Shown here piece by piece: positions 25,011 through 38,189 of a stretch of 64,000 nt of DNA. Position numbers and translations under genes: made by a program. The stretch comes from Kudoa neothunni (lineage: Eukaryota > Animalia > Cnidaria), in contig OZ199838.1 of assembly GCA_964304625.1 (NCBI GenBank), forward strand, positions 15,676,929 through 15,740,928. The letters are read 5' to 3'. Every line of letters starts with the position of its first letter. The first letter of the stretch is position 1. The notes beneath the pieces were generated by a model, which made no database searches, was not told where the DNA came from, and saw only the letters and a program-made list of their open reading frames with translations.

Positions 25011-27721
25011 ATTCTTATAAATTTTCTGATAATTTCAGAGCTATGTGTTAATAATTGGAAGAATTGTGTTTTTGTTTGTCTGCGTTAATCCTCCTTTTAT
25101 TATTTGATGATCGATACAGTAACAAGTAGCGCTTGGTTATTTAGAAATAGTATCGAACATTCAAAATATACGAATTAACCATAGATATAAATCGCGATAT
25201 AAGAGTAAAATAATACATCGACAAATATAATTATCGATAACTCGAAGAAAACGTGTAGATTATTAAATAATAGGAAAAATTAGGGACTAAGCGTGACTCT
25301 AAATCAGTCACCATATTGAACACAATTGAACAAAATTTAATACATTTGTATCAATAAAATCAAAAATATTCGCAGATTTTATTTCAAGTGATTAAGATTT
25401 TATCGCAAAACTCATAAAAAAATTCAAACTACTCGATATAAGAGTGAATGAATTGATTGAACTTTCGAGAATGAGAACTATAAAGCTGCTCAGAGAGTAC
25501 AATATAATAGGAAAATAAATTAGCCAATGGAGTAAAAAACGACAATCCTATAACTGTCGGTCGAGGATAGTTCCATGAGTTTGCTTCGAGAGTTAATCTT
25601 AAAATGAACAAATTAAATAGAAAATCTAAAAGAAATAAACAAATTATTACAGATCAATCACACTGAAATGTTAGAACACATTACAAAGTTAACTTTTTCT
25701 TCTTGTAAAATAAAATAAACTTCGTTTAAACCAAGAGAAATAGCAAATTTCTTGTTGAAAAAATAATTCTGTCTTAAACTACCTAATTTATTTTAAAAAC
25801 AACTCGATGAATAATCAACAAATTATTACGAAAATTTTTTATACTCTCTATTAAAGTTGTTATTATTATTATTATTATTGCAAACAGAGAATGAATTAAA
25901 AGATCAGAAAAAGTGATCACGCATCCAGCAAATTTTCACTTATGCGCGCGTGCGTGTGCTCATGCGCTAAATAAGCATGGATATTGAGTAGTGCGGGGCT
26001 ATTACGCACTCGATTCTTGGTTCCAATAAATTGCGTAATATCCCAACACAACTGTAATCGCTTAATCTATTTACTATAGTGTTTTTAAATGATTTAGTCA
26101 AATGAAAATAATTAGATATTTTATGTTAATTGGATGACTGTATTATCTGTAATTATTATAGACAGAGGTTGTTTAAACGATAAATAATATTCAGATGTTA
26201 ATAGTCTGAAATAAAAAAATGATGTTGTGCGCGCGTGCTATTTAGGATTAAATTTTACGGTGATAATAGCCCTTACTTTTAAAAAATATAATCATTCTTT
26301 GTAATTTTAACACTACTCGTTGCTCTTATATACCCGCATGCGCGCACATTGTGGCCTAATACTAATAGCGCCATGCCAAGATGAACACTGTAAATATATC
26401 ATGTTTATGTTAAACTATCGCATCTAATATGCAATAAAAATATGTAAAAACGCGCAATATTTTGTAATCTTAAAAAAATTCTTCATGGAAAAACGTAATC
26501 TGGTCGAAACTTGCTAAATAAATTTTTGTATATACATTCGTTTTTTTGGTTTTGCGTAGTAAATTGGACCCGCGAAGTTACCGAGCCATATGGAGAAATT
26601 TCATATCGATTTTTTTACTCATAAACAATTTTACATATATTTAGTAACAATATTAAAATTATTACTCAGCGATATCTAAATTTGTAAATGTTTATAAAAT
26701 TCAAGAGATAATGGTAACTACGCAATATCGAGGTACGACTGTAGTCATCTAGATATGTATTAATTTATTTCCATCTGATTTCTAAAAAAATCGCTAATTT
26801 TTTAAGCTAATAATATTTTCTATTATATAGATTCTGTTAAAAAATTAAAAATTTGTATTATTTAAGATAATAAATATTGGCATAGTTTGACTAAAATGTA
26901 ATTTACTGTAGTACAAACAACGAACGTAGTCATAGAAAACATTATTTTCAAGAGGAAAAAAGTTTTATAATTTTTAATTCCATATGATTATATATTTCAA
27001 TATAAAATTCGTTTGTACCAAAGATAAAAAATTTTGAATAACCAAGCGAAGGTGAGATTTCGCGCTAATTACCCATATACTAAGCCATAGTGAATTCTCG
27101 TACACGCACATATATTTTCCACGCATCAAATTGTTAAGCTCTGATTTATTCAAAAATAAATATTTAATATGTATTTTAATCGATTTATTCCGATATAGAA
27201 AATTAATGAATAACTTCTAATTGATTCAATGAAATATCCGTAATTAGTATCCACGCCATTTTATTAATGGGGAACGTAGTTCTAGTAATTAACTAATCAT
27301 ATACAATGAGTTATAGGTGATTTTAAGTTAAATATTTAATTAACGTATTCATCCAATCAAGATTAAGTTATTCTCAAATATAAAAACCTATTGATAAAAA
27401 ATTTCATTTATTAATTCCGTTATAATTAGCTAACTCGAAGAACATAAGAATCAATTATCGTGTTTGAATAGAATTCAATAGAATAAAGCCTAACAAAATT
27501 GTAAATAATAAGTAACGCTCATCTAATTATACCAAGTCAATTATGCGTATTACTGACTATGGAAAAACACCGCTAACAATTGAAACACACAAATTATAAA
27601 CAATAAGCAATTATATAGTTATGAGAATAGATTAAAAATAAGTGAAACCAACAACTGAACAAACAACAAACTGAACTTACATAAGAGAGAAAATATAGGT
27701 GAAGCCATATCGTTATTGCCC

Positions 27722-29275
27722 TCAGAGAACAAGAGCCGATATAGGTTTGTATTGAGAAAGAATTAGCCCATTGAGATGGGAAGCAGCATTAATCATATCA
27801 ACTTTGTATTTCATTTCAACGGTGCTGAAGCAAACCTGCTCCTCGAGGAAAACTTTGACATCCTTGATGGGTCCGAATTTGGTGCACAACTTGTAAACCG
27901 AGAGCTCGGTGTAATCGAAAGGAAGATTGATAAGAATTAGCAGATTAGTGTTTGGAGTGGGATTGGGAAAAGTATCTTGATTGAAGGCTGTTAATGGGGA
28001 GAGATGAGTGTTAAATTTGAGACTTCGTTCATTGGCGCAATGATTGCAATTGAAGGAGTTACAATAGTTCGTTTGGCCACGTCCAGCTGCAACACCGCCA
28101 CAAAATGCTTTGGTTAGTTCGTCGGTTTCTGTGTGAACGCAAGTGGGATTAATTATCTCAGCTGAATGTAGATTTGAACGACTATTGTTGTGATTTGAAT
28201 TCACAAGACGTTGTGGATGACTATACATAGAGGCTATCTAAATAGTACCACCAATTAAACAAGTTAGTTCACATGAGCTAGCCCAATGCAACTATAAATA
28301 ACTAATGATTATCTACAGTAGAAGGAATGCTGCTATAATTGCTTGTGATTTGAGATAGAATGTTATTGTGACACGCAAGTGATTCGGGAAGAATGTAGGG
28401 GGTTTGTGTTAGTCGATAATCCATATAATCTGGTGGGTTTGGTGTTCTTGCGAACTTGACAGTAATAGGACCAGTAGCGTCTAAATAACATTTATATGGC
28501 GTAAAAGAGATTCTTCCTCCCCCTATAATAACAAAATCTACCTGGGAAAACATGTCTCGAAGGAATTTTTCCATGAATCGCTTGCATAGCACGATGTGCC
28601 TCATGATTGGTATCGAAACGAACAAACCCAAAATGATAATCGGCGGTTTTTTGTAAAGGTTTAATAACACGACAACTTATAATTTCACCATAATCTTGAA
28701 AGAGTAGCTTGAGTTGGTCTTCTGTACAATTAGCAGGTAGACCACCCACATAGAGATTGGCATCTTTTATTTCCGGTCTACTAGGTCGTGCCACACTGAC
28801 TTTGATTTTTTTATTCTCTATACTCAATCCATTAAGTTCTTCAATGGCTTTACTAGAACCACATACAAAAATATATTCAACACCCCAACAAAGAATACTT
28901 GGCTGATTCCACATTGTGATACTTGACAAAAGCATAGCCCAAACTTTGTTTGAGATCTTTATTGCGAATAAGTTTACAACTTTCCACATCACCGTACATT
29001 GAAAACAGTTTATGGATGTCCATTTCGACCATGTTTTGTGGTAGATAATTGACGATTAGATTTCTCCCACTGTACGACTTGACAGACGCTGCTGTGGAAC
29101 CGGAATTGTTATGATATTGTTCGTTGGTAATATTTTTGTAGTCAGTTTCACATCCGGTATCGTTTGAAGCTTTTGATCTATCGGGTGAAGTCACGGAACA
29201 ATGAGTATTTGATAACGAAGTGGACTTTATGTTGCAAAAAGTTTCAATCGGCTGTTGTGTGAGTGACATATCCAT
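27722..29275 (-). CDS. ELAVL: ELAV/Hu-family RNA-binding protein, 3 RRMs, 4 exons
   Basis: NLIVNYLPQNM, SLGYAFVKY, LNGL..KKIKVSVARPS, IKDANLYVGGLP, PITVKFA, plus a divergent RRM3. Confidence 0.9.
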
Positions 29276-29821
29276 GTGTGTAATACAGTTAATATCTAAG
29301 TGCAAGAGGTTGTTATTAAGGAAAGGTTATACACCCAAGGTAATATACTTTAAGTACAGAGTTTTGAAATAAAATACAACTAATTGGCGCAAGCTTGATA
29401 ATTTATTAAATAGGCTCGCATCAATTATCTTAATTGGCGTGATTGTTCGAATAAATGCGTTAGTTAACTAAAAAATAGTGATTTGTTTGAGTAATTGTTT
29501 AATATTTGTATAGTTGAAATAAAGCGCCATAAGTTTACACTTACTAGCAATTACAAAGCTGATTGGCTGTCTTTATACGAAAACAAACAATTAGGATCCT
29601 ATTATTTGGTAAACAAAAGCTTAATTGCCCAAAGAACCAAAGAAATATATTGTGTGAATATGATAGGCGCCAACATAAAAATCACCAAGGTAGTTGTAAA
29701 AATAATTTACGACTTTCAAAAAAACATTGTTTAAAATTTAATCCAATAATAACTAAAACAGTTTAATTTCTATATGAGTGGAAAATAAATAGAAAATTGA
29801 ATGGAGCGTCCTTTGAAACAA

Positions 29822-29948
29822 GTAACAATAGAAACACGCACCTAGGTAAATCGACAATAAAATTTGAAGCTCTAGTGCTAACCAGGTTGAACGCTTGTTA
29901 CGGATCTAAGTTTTGAATTGAAGTTAGCTACTCACCGAAACCGGAAGT
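29822..29948. promoter_or_regulatory. ELAV/RFX divergent promoter region: X-box-like GTAACAATAGAAAC and ETS motif CCGGAAGT
   Basis: Motifs at 29822-29835 and 29941-29948. A likely non-coding RFX first exon ends at AAG|GTAATC (~30015), with an acceptor at ~30910. Confidence 0.4.
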
Positions 29949-31001
29949 AGAAATAAACCTCAAAAACCCCTCTCATAGCTGTTACGTGTTATCAAGAAAA
30001 ATTCCACTTGAAAAGGTAATCTTTGTGTTATTTTTTGGTGTGTATATCGTTTGATTTAAAAATATAATGCATTTTGATATTTTCTCGTGAGTATATACAC
30101 ATTTAAACCCACTTTAATACGAAGGCATGTTGTATTGTATTATTTGGTTATTAAGAATGCTAGGTTGTAGGTAAAATGGTAACTAGTAGTAATGTGCTGT
30201 TGGTATACATTGACATTCATGGGTGATGGAGGGTAAACTGTGACAAATGCGGAGAATACCTTAACAATTTAGAGCTTATGATCAACTATGTAAACACGTT
30301 ATAAAAAATAATAGTCACACTCCTATCTCGTCTATTCCAAAGGTGGACGCAACTAAACACACCAATGGTAAATACCGCCGACATAACACACATACTACGT
30401 TACTAATAGTGATTGCCGCTACCAGTTTATTTATTTTGAGTCACAAAGATTTCAGTGTTGTCCGAAGCTGGAAGTAATATTAATTTTGGCGTTGATTCGA
30501 GCATTTCGTTATGGCAAAACAGTATTATCTTTCATTTACTGATAGAATGCTTTGCTGTCTACTAATACACTGTTTCACAAAGCATCCCATTTAGTATGTT
30601 AGATAAACTGTGTGTGTGTGTATCATTGAGAATTTAAAGATAACACCGAGAACACACACATATACACGTTATTAATACTACTTTATAAGATTAAACTAAG
30701 TTATCTTTAATTGGGCATATCAATTTTTTACGGTTGAATAATATTGTGTTTGTATTGTTTCAATGTGTATTAATTTTAATGACTTGCTTAAATTTTCCAA
30801 AAATCTAAACCCTTAAGTTATCATTTTCATTGTGTTGTTAATTTTTGTTAATTATTGACTTTGCCTTATGTAATTGTCCAATATTGCCAATGGTTTATTG
30901 ATTCTAATAGACGAAACAAGATTTAAACTCTCATAGAAACAAAAGTGCTTTATTGTGTAGTATCATTTTAAATTTTGACACTAACTTCCTACACTACTAT
31001 A

Positions 31002-34000
31002 ATGGATAACAACAATAATCTTAATACCAATGATATCACAAACAATAAAGTCAATATCGAATGTAACAATACAACAAAAATACTCATAGTAAAACTTTGT
31101 GAAAAATTATCCTTAGTGAATCAATCAGCGATGATTGATGACAGTGCTGCTGCTGCTGCCGCCGCCGCCGCCGCTATGGCCAATGCTGTACAGCCACTTA
31201 ATAGTTATTGCAAGTAAATGATTAAAACATTTCTATAGAGATGAAATTTATTATTAATTGTTGCTGCCGTTCCCAATTTAATATAACAACTTCTAACACA
31301 TTATCAATTAACTAATTAAAAAATTATTGTGCATCCTCTGTTAAACAATTAAATGTCTATTAGTATTCATAATAGCTTTATTAATTTTAAATTTTTTAGT
31401 ATGGTGAACGTTCAAGGAGATCCACCAAATAACAGCGATTTCTTCAGTTACTACTTCAACACACATCCTACCGGAGTTGCCAACAATTCGAACAATCAAC
31501 CAACCAACAATAATCCACAAACAGCATCAACCATTCTACAACAACAGCAGCAGCAACAACCAGTCTACCTAGATGATCAGTCAGCCTCACTTCATGAACT
31601 ACAACATGTATCAAACAATATCCAAGCAATGCATCCAAATCTCCCTCAACAAATCCACAACTCTCGATATATTTATATGGATCCTACAAATGATCGTCAA
31701 CAACAACCACATCAAATGTCAGCCCATAATTTAGCTGCTGTTAATGGTAGCAAAGTGGACCATCCTTCGTTCATTCAATCACAATACGGTGGTGTCGTAC
31801 CCAACAACACTAACAACCCAAACGTCTATGATTCATCAAGGGCAAATTCAAGGGACAGCCAACTACGTATGGGGGCTTACTTGGATCAACAAGGCGCATA
31901 CCTTCCCAATTCTGGTGTACAACAATCCACATCTCCCACAAACATCCTAGGTAACAATGGCTCTCATGGTAACAACTCAATGATGCAAAATTTTTCTGGA
32001 TACGTAGTCGCCTATCCTAATGCTCAGAGTGTACAAATCGGTCAAGTTCCCGGCGTGTATTCGAAAGCATCACCAGCTACTGTAACAACTCCCTCGCCTA
32101 TTTAATTAACTTCCTAAATGGTAAACTTGACGATACTGTATACTGTAGGTTTTGTGGCTGTTGGAAAACTATGAATCGGCTGAAGGTGTCAGTCTTCCTA
32201 GGTGCTTGCTCTACGCCCACTACATCTATCATTGCAAACAGAGTGACGCCAATCCGGTCAATTCGGCTAGCTTTGGTAAACTCATTCGATCATTGTTTCC
32301 AAATTTAAAGACAAGACGTCTTGGCACTAGGTAATATTGCTTTGGTATTTATTTGTGTACAAAGTGACATATCACAGGGGCAAGTCCAAATATCATTATT
32401 ATGGTATCAGAATCAGAGACAATTCTGTGTTGCACAGTTTTGGAAGAAGTGAAGATGAAGTGATTGATTTCCTTACAGTGTAAATTATTTTTGAGCAATC
32501 AAGTGATTCATAGACTTGAATTATTGTGTAGTGAGAATGAACCATTCCTCAGAAAAATACTTCCTCAACATCCTTCGCTGCTTAAGTCTATGAGCCAAAG
32601 TGGTAGCGACCTCTCCATCAACTCGGACCTATCAATAACAACACATAGCACCATGTGTAACACTCTCCACTCTAACGACAGTTCAGCTGGCCATACACCA
32701 CCAGGCTCCAGAGCCAATCAGTCGATTGGTTTAGATGGAAGACGTCGTCCTTCAGGCCAACTAGATGATGATGAGTCTGTCATTAGTATTTCATTAAGAT
32801 GTGGCCTAGATAACTCAGCTCAAGATCGTGACAGCAACTCCATTAATAGTAGCGTTGGTGAACCTGATTCCGCAAACCTACCAGTGGCTTCCTGCTATTT
32901 CAACATCGACAAATTCTACAAATACTTCCCCGAAGAAGCAAGGTCTTCCAATTCCACCCTGGCTTACACACAAGACTATCCAACACTCAAATCATACGAA
33001 ATCGATATCGATCCTTTGGGCGAACAAGAATATGACGACTTTGAGTTGTTCACTCCTGATGATGACCAACCTGGAACCTCTCTTAAAACCAACCCCGTTT
33101 GCCGTCTGAAACATTTCCTTAAATACTTGGCATCAAGATTATTGCCACTAGTTCCTCCACTTGACACCGCTGTTTTCCTACAGCAAAGTGCTGACAATCT
33201 AAAACGCCTCCTCGATCTGTTCGACAATGACTCTAATACTGAAGAAGAATCCCAAGCAATTCTTTCCATCTTCCTCTGCGATGATATCATCGAACTCAAC
33301 AAAGATCTCGATCTTTTAGTGTATCAATTTCTTGTTCATCGTTTGTTCCCCAAGATATTCACTTATTACCCAAGTAGATATCTCTAATTTTCTCTCATCA
33401 CACTTCTTTCCCCGTTCTAGGTCATTACATTTGCTGTGTCAGAGCGTTCGCTAGGAGACTGGAAGAGATCGTACTCGAAAATTGTCATAGACTGCCAGAA
33501 AAGTTCAAGCTGTCAAAAGTACATTAGTTTTTGTCAGCTACTTATTCAGTTAACATCATATTCACCTATTTTGTACACGAAAAAGAGAATAAACAATTGA
33601 TTAATGAGATCTAATTATTATAATTATCCATTAAATATGTTGATAAGATTAAGCAACCAGTTAGGACTAATTTTACATAAACAAGTCCTGCATAAACGAC
33701 TTGTTTTCGTACGTTAATCTGCAAAAATCTAATTTTTGTTTGTAATTAGATTCAAAATGTCAAAGCTTTCGGCTGTATAATTCGTCATTACACCTGTCTT
33801 TCCCATATCTATACTGGGGCCGCTAATTGTATTCAAAGCGATAAACAATTAAAACTCTCCGTGGAAGTTACAAGACTTGATGTGGAAGAGCTTATCCAAC
33901 TAAATGATGTGGCATTCCCGGGGTGCACCAATAAAAGCCTGTACACTGACGCCGTGAACCGACTGGTTGCATTGTTAAATACTCCAATGAATGATAGGTC

Positions 34001-34540
34001 ATCGAGTATCGTTAATATGCAATCATCTGTTGGTAGCGATTTAACTAATGACGATCTCGACATTTCTCCATGCAAGGAGTTGAAACCATCCACAGACAAC
34101 CACAACAACACAGAAAATAGTGCATTGGCTCCAACTTTCAAACTCCTTAAAGGAAAACGAGTGATGGATTTAATGATTTGGTTGAAAAATATCAAAAATG
34201 AGTTTCTCGAACAGCTCCATAAACAAGGTTTTGAAGAACCGACAAACGTAGAAGAATATGCCAAGATTTTTCAAAAGTTCGCTTCCCTATGGAATCATAC
34301 TATGGTTTTTGTGGTGAGAGAGATGACGTTGCACGGTTCAACCGTGTTTGGATTGATTCACATATTCCATTTACTCTTCTTCGAATTCATACCACACATG
34401 CTCCAACAAGATCTATTCGAACTGTTTGATGTTCTTCCAATATCTTACTATATCCGAGTAGGAAAATTTATTGCTGATTTTTGAATTAATATAAAAATTA
34501 GCAGGGAGCTCAAAACAAGCATAAAACTGAAGACTCTTAA
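31002..34540 (+). CDS. RFX: RFX transcription factor (RFX1/2/3 class) with DNA-binding and dimerization domains
   Basis: [59 protein letters not shown]; VRAFARRLE; [25 protein letters not shown]. One internal acceptor (~32500) is uncertain. Confidence 0.93.
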
Positions 34541-35149
34541 TCTATCATACTAACATAGTCTGCATGGGTTGGGATTTTGCGTCTAGAATTTACGTTAGTT
34601 ACATTAATTCTTTTTTTATAGAACTAATTAATAGATTTGTGTACGACGATTAACTATAATACTGTTTTTTTATGCTGGCGAATTATTTAAAGAACTAGTA
34701 ATTAGTTATACAATAAAAATAACAATAGGTTTTAATTTCATATTGCATCGTGTGGGAAAATTTAACATTTAATCATAAACATAATTAATTCTAATTATAT
34801 AAATTGCGAGTATAATTAGGTAATTGAAATTAAATTAATTATTAATATAATGGGTAGTCAATTGTAAAAATTACTAATTTTTATGTAATCGAGATTGATG
34901 GTTCCAAATTTGTTAGAAGATATTTTTTTAATTATAAAAATAATCAGCTAACGAAGAATCGTCTTTTTTAAATTTCGAGGTGACAAAATAACCTTTTAAT
35001 CTAATAATAGTTATCTTGGTAACGATTCGAATAAGTACGATATTGTTCAAAACAATAATAAGTGATTAATTCTTAAAATTAAGGCTATGATTTAAATAAA
35101 TATTGTTATTTAAAATAGGGAGTGGCTATTGGCACGCAAAATAATATTT

Positions 35150-35440
35150 CAGTGTTACTAGTATTGACTATTTTGAATTACTTCCGACTCCCAAGAACGA
35201 ATAAATGGCCAAAAATAATTTAATTTAACAAGATCTTACATATTAAATCTGTATACAGCTTGTGAATAGGAGTTGATGAGATTAAAAATTGCCATTGCAC
35301 AAGCGTTGATGCCTTTCAGGATACGAATTTACCCCGGAAGTAGCCTCTGCTATAGCTAAACCAGTATAAAACCATAAATCAAATGTGAATTTGGCTTCCA
35401 AGTTAACGGGGTAAATTTTAAAAATTGTTGAGGTCCCCTG
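35150..35440 (-). mobile_element. hAT-family MITE copy (same family as 42535-43121)
   Basis: Reverse-complement similarity to 42535-42800 (aatctgtatacag, tagcctctgctatagct, ttccaagttaa). Right end TTGAGGTCCCCTG. Left boundary approximate. Confidence 0.75.
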
Positions 35441-38189
35441 TTCTACTGGATTCGTAATCGTTTTTAAATCCTGACTATTGTGATAGAAAAATTTTGTATT
35501 TTAAACAAAAATATCATAAGAATTGAATAATTAATTTACAATATAATCAAGATACATACACTTTACTTTTTTGGGTTCAAACTCACCAACAGACTTTTTG
35601 TAAAGGAAGTATCATTATTTGAACATATATTAAAATATTTTATTTAACTTCAGTGAGTATAAAATACGTATAAATTTAGGACTTAGACGAATTAAAATAC
35701 AATAAATATTGTATGTAAATAAACTAACACACGAGAAAGTATATTTGAAAAATGAGCAATTTATAGTAAGAATTTAATTGATAAAATTACTAAAATTAGA
35801 TACATAGGATACAATCTACAAATATTCGATCTCATATCGGAATTAGGTAATCTGATTGTTTAAGGAATAAAAATATTGTTATTTAGACAATTGGTAAATC
35901 CCCCAAATTTCGTAAGAGGATTATAATTTGGAAAAAATCTTATCAAAAATTATTTTGAATTTATATGAGACAAAATTTATAGGTTACATTTGTTTTGAAC
36001 AATTTTGAATACTAAGAATATTAGAAAAACTAGTGAAAGAAAAATGTAGAAATATATTTCATTGGAAATAAAAATATCTATGGAAAGCATCAAAAATATG
36101 GAAATACAATGACAAACGGTTGGTTTTTATGAAACAAATAAATATTGAAACTTAATGCGTGAATATTATTGGGAATTTTTAATAATCAGTCTCGTCAAAT
36201 ATTATTCTTAGCTGAGTAATAAATTTAAGAACCATCAACCTTAAAATGATAATTCGCTTTGATAGTAGGAAGAAATCGCCCCCTTTTTCGATGCGAGACA
36301 AAAAATGAGAAGAGTTTCTTCAATATTTTATATCAAATATTTGAGGTGTAGTTAAAAATTTGTCTTTTTAAGGGATTCCTAAATAAATCCCAGAAAATTT
36401 GGACAAGTAAATATATTTAGAAAACATGAGATTAATTCCATAAGAAAAAAAGAAAATGTAAAGTCGGTTTTCTGACATTTGGAGGGTTAATTAGATCTTA
36501 GGATACATTGGCGTAAGGATTTTCGTGAATCTCTCTTAGAATTTATTGTGGAATGAATGAATGAATAAATAAATAAAATGATAACATATATTACGTTCAG
36601 TATAATAGTTCATCTTTAAGTAAGTTAATAATTTGGATACGATAAACTTGATTTAAATTAAAATCAGCCATTTTAATATTTAATACATTTATCAATTAGC
36701 AATGTGAAGAATTGATATCAGATTGATATAAGATGATAAATAAATGAGTATTTATTAATAAAAGTTACCATAAAATAGATCGTTGAACCAACCAAACAAA
36801 AATACTCCAGTAAACGGAATAAGAGGCCAATCATAAGCAAAAATTCGTTGGTACGACGTATCATATCAAAATGGATTCAAGCTAGATACGTGTTATTTGT
36901 TAAATATGAGCTAAACCTAATAAAATTAATGATACCTTAGTTTCCAGGAATTGGTTTGGGCAGATAAATAGTTTGTTTAAGTCGTCAATATCGATATGTA
37001 GAGGAATACGAATGCAAATTGAAATCATCTCTATAGTCCTAATTTTAAAGCCTCATCAGAACAATAAAATGTGATATATTGTCCACAAATAACCAAAGAA
37101 ACATAAAATCATATTTAAGTTAGGAAAATATACATATTAGAGTAGCATTGTACACTAATTTAGCGTTTAAATAAGGAGTATTTTTCTACGGTTGATAAAA
37201 AACAAACAAACCACACATCATTCTGTTATCCCCAATGTATTGGTATATTGTTGGTTGATTTTAGGTGTCATGATAGGTTGCACATTTTCTAAGGCTACCT
37301 GGGTGACTGCTACTGGGAAATGGACTACAGTCATGGTAATACGCATTGAGATATGAAATACACGGAAATCATAGAGACGCGTTGTCACCAATATTGTTAT
37401 TCAGTGATAACATTAGTATCAGATATTCCGTAGAGAGTTGTTGTGAAGCAAAACTAATCCATAATAATTCAAGTAATATTTATTTGTGGAAATGTTATTT
37501 TAGCGTTTAAATTTTCTTAGATTTAAATGATATGAATCGTTTTTTCAAAATTTAGTTAGAGGAAAAATTACGAAAATTAAAATAATATATTAATCATTTT
37601 ATTTTTTCTTAATTTAAATAAATGCAAAAGTATCTCAAATGGGTATTATAATGCGTAAATTATTTAGTTAACGTCAAGAAAAAATTGCTTAGATTGACAT
37701 TCTGCTCGAATATTTCAAGTAAATACCAAAAAATCATTCTTTACGAATCTCGTTCGTCCCTATATATATATATATATTTATATATAATTTCTAATTAAAA
37801 TATTAGAAAAATTAATTTTCTACAAATTCCTACTTAATTTTAATGTCGCATGCGTTAAATTATAATTAGTAATTTATGAAAATCGACACCACAGCTTATT
37901 TTGTGCTTAATCATGCATAAAAGATTAACGTCTATATTGTTTCATTTTTAGTAACTTCAATCCAAGTATTCAATGTAACGACAATTCATCGTCCATTTAT
38001 AATTATCAGGATTATTATTCCACAGAGTTTACCTTTATTTAAACTTAATTCCGCTAATCTCATTAATTATCACAAATATTTTGAAATTTGAAGACAAATT
38101 AAGACATCAACGCCTCTCACAATACAAAAATTTCAATTACCCTAATCCACCTAGGATTATAATAAGTGCGCGCCGTGCTGTTATGTAGT

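Noticed and set aside
37020-37060. CTGATGAG on the minus strand, suggesting a hammerhead ribozyme
   Set aside because: No stem II followed by GAAA, so the catalytic core is incomplete. Similar hits at ~10825 and ~13230 fail the same way.
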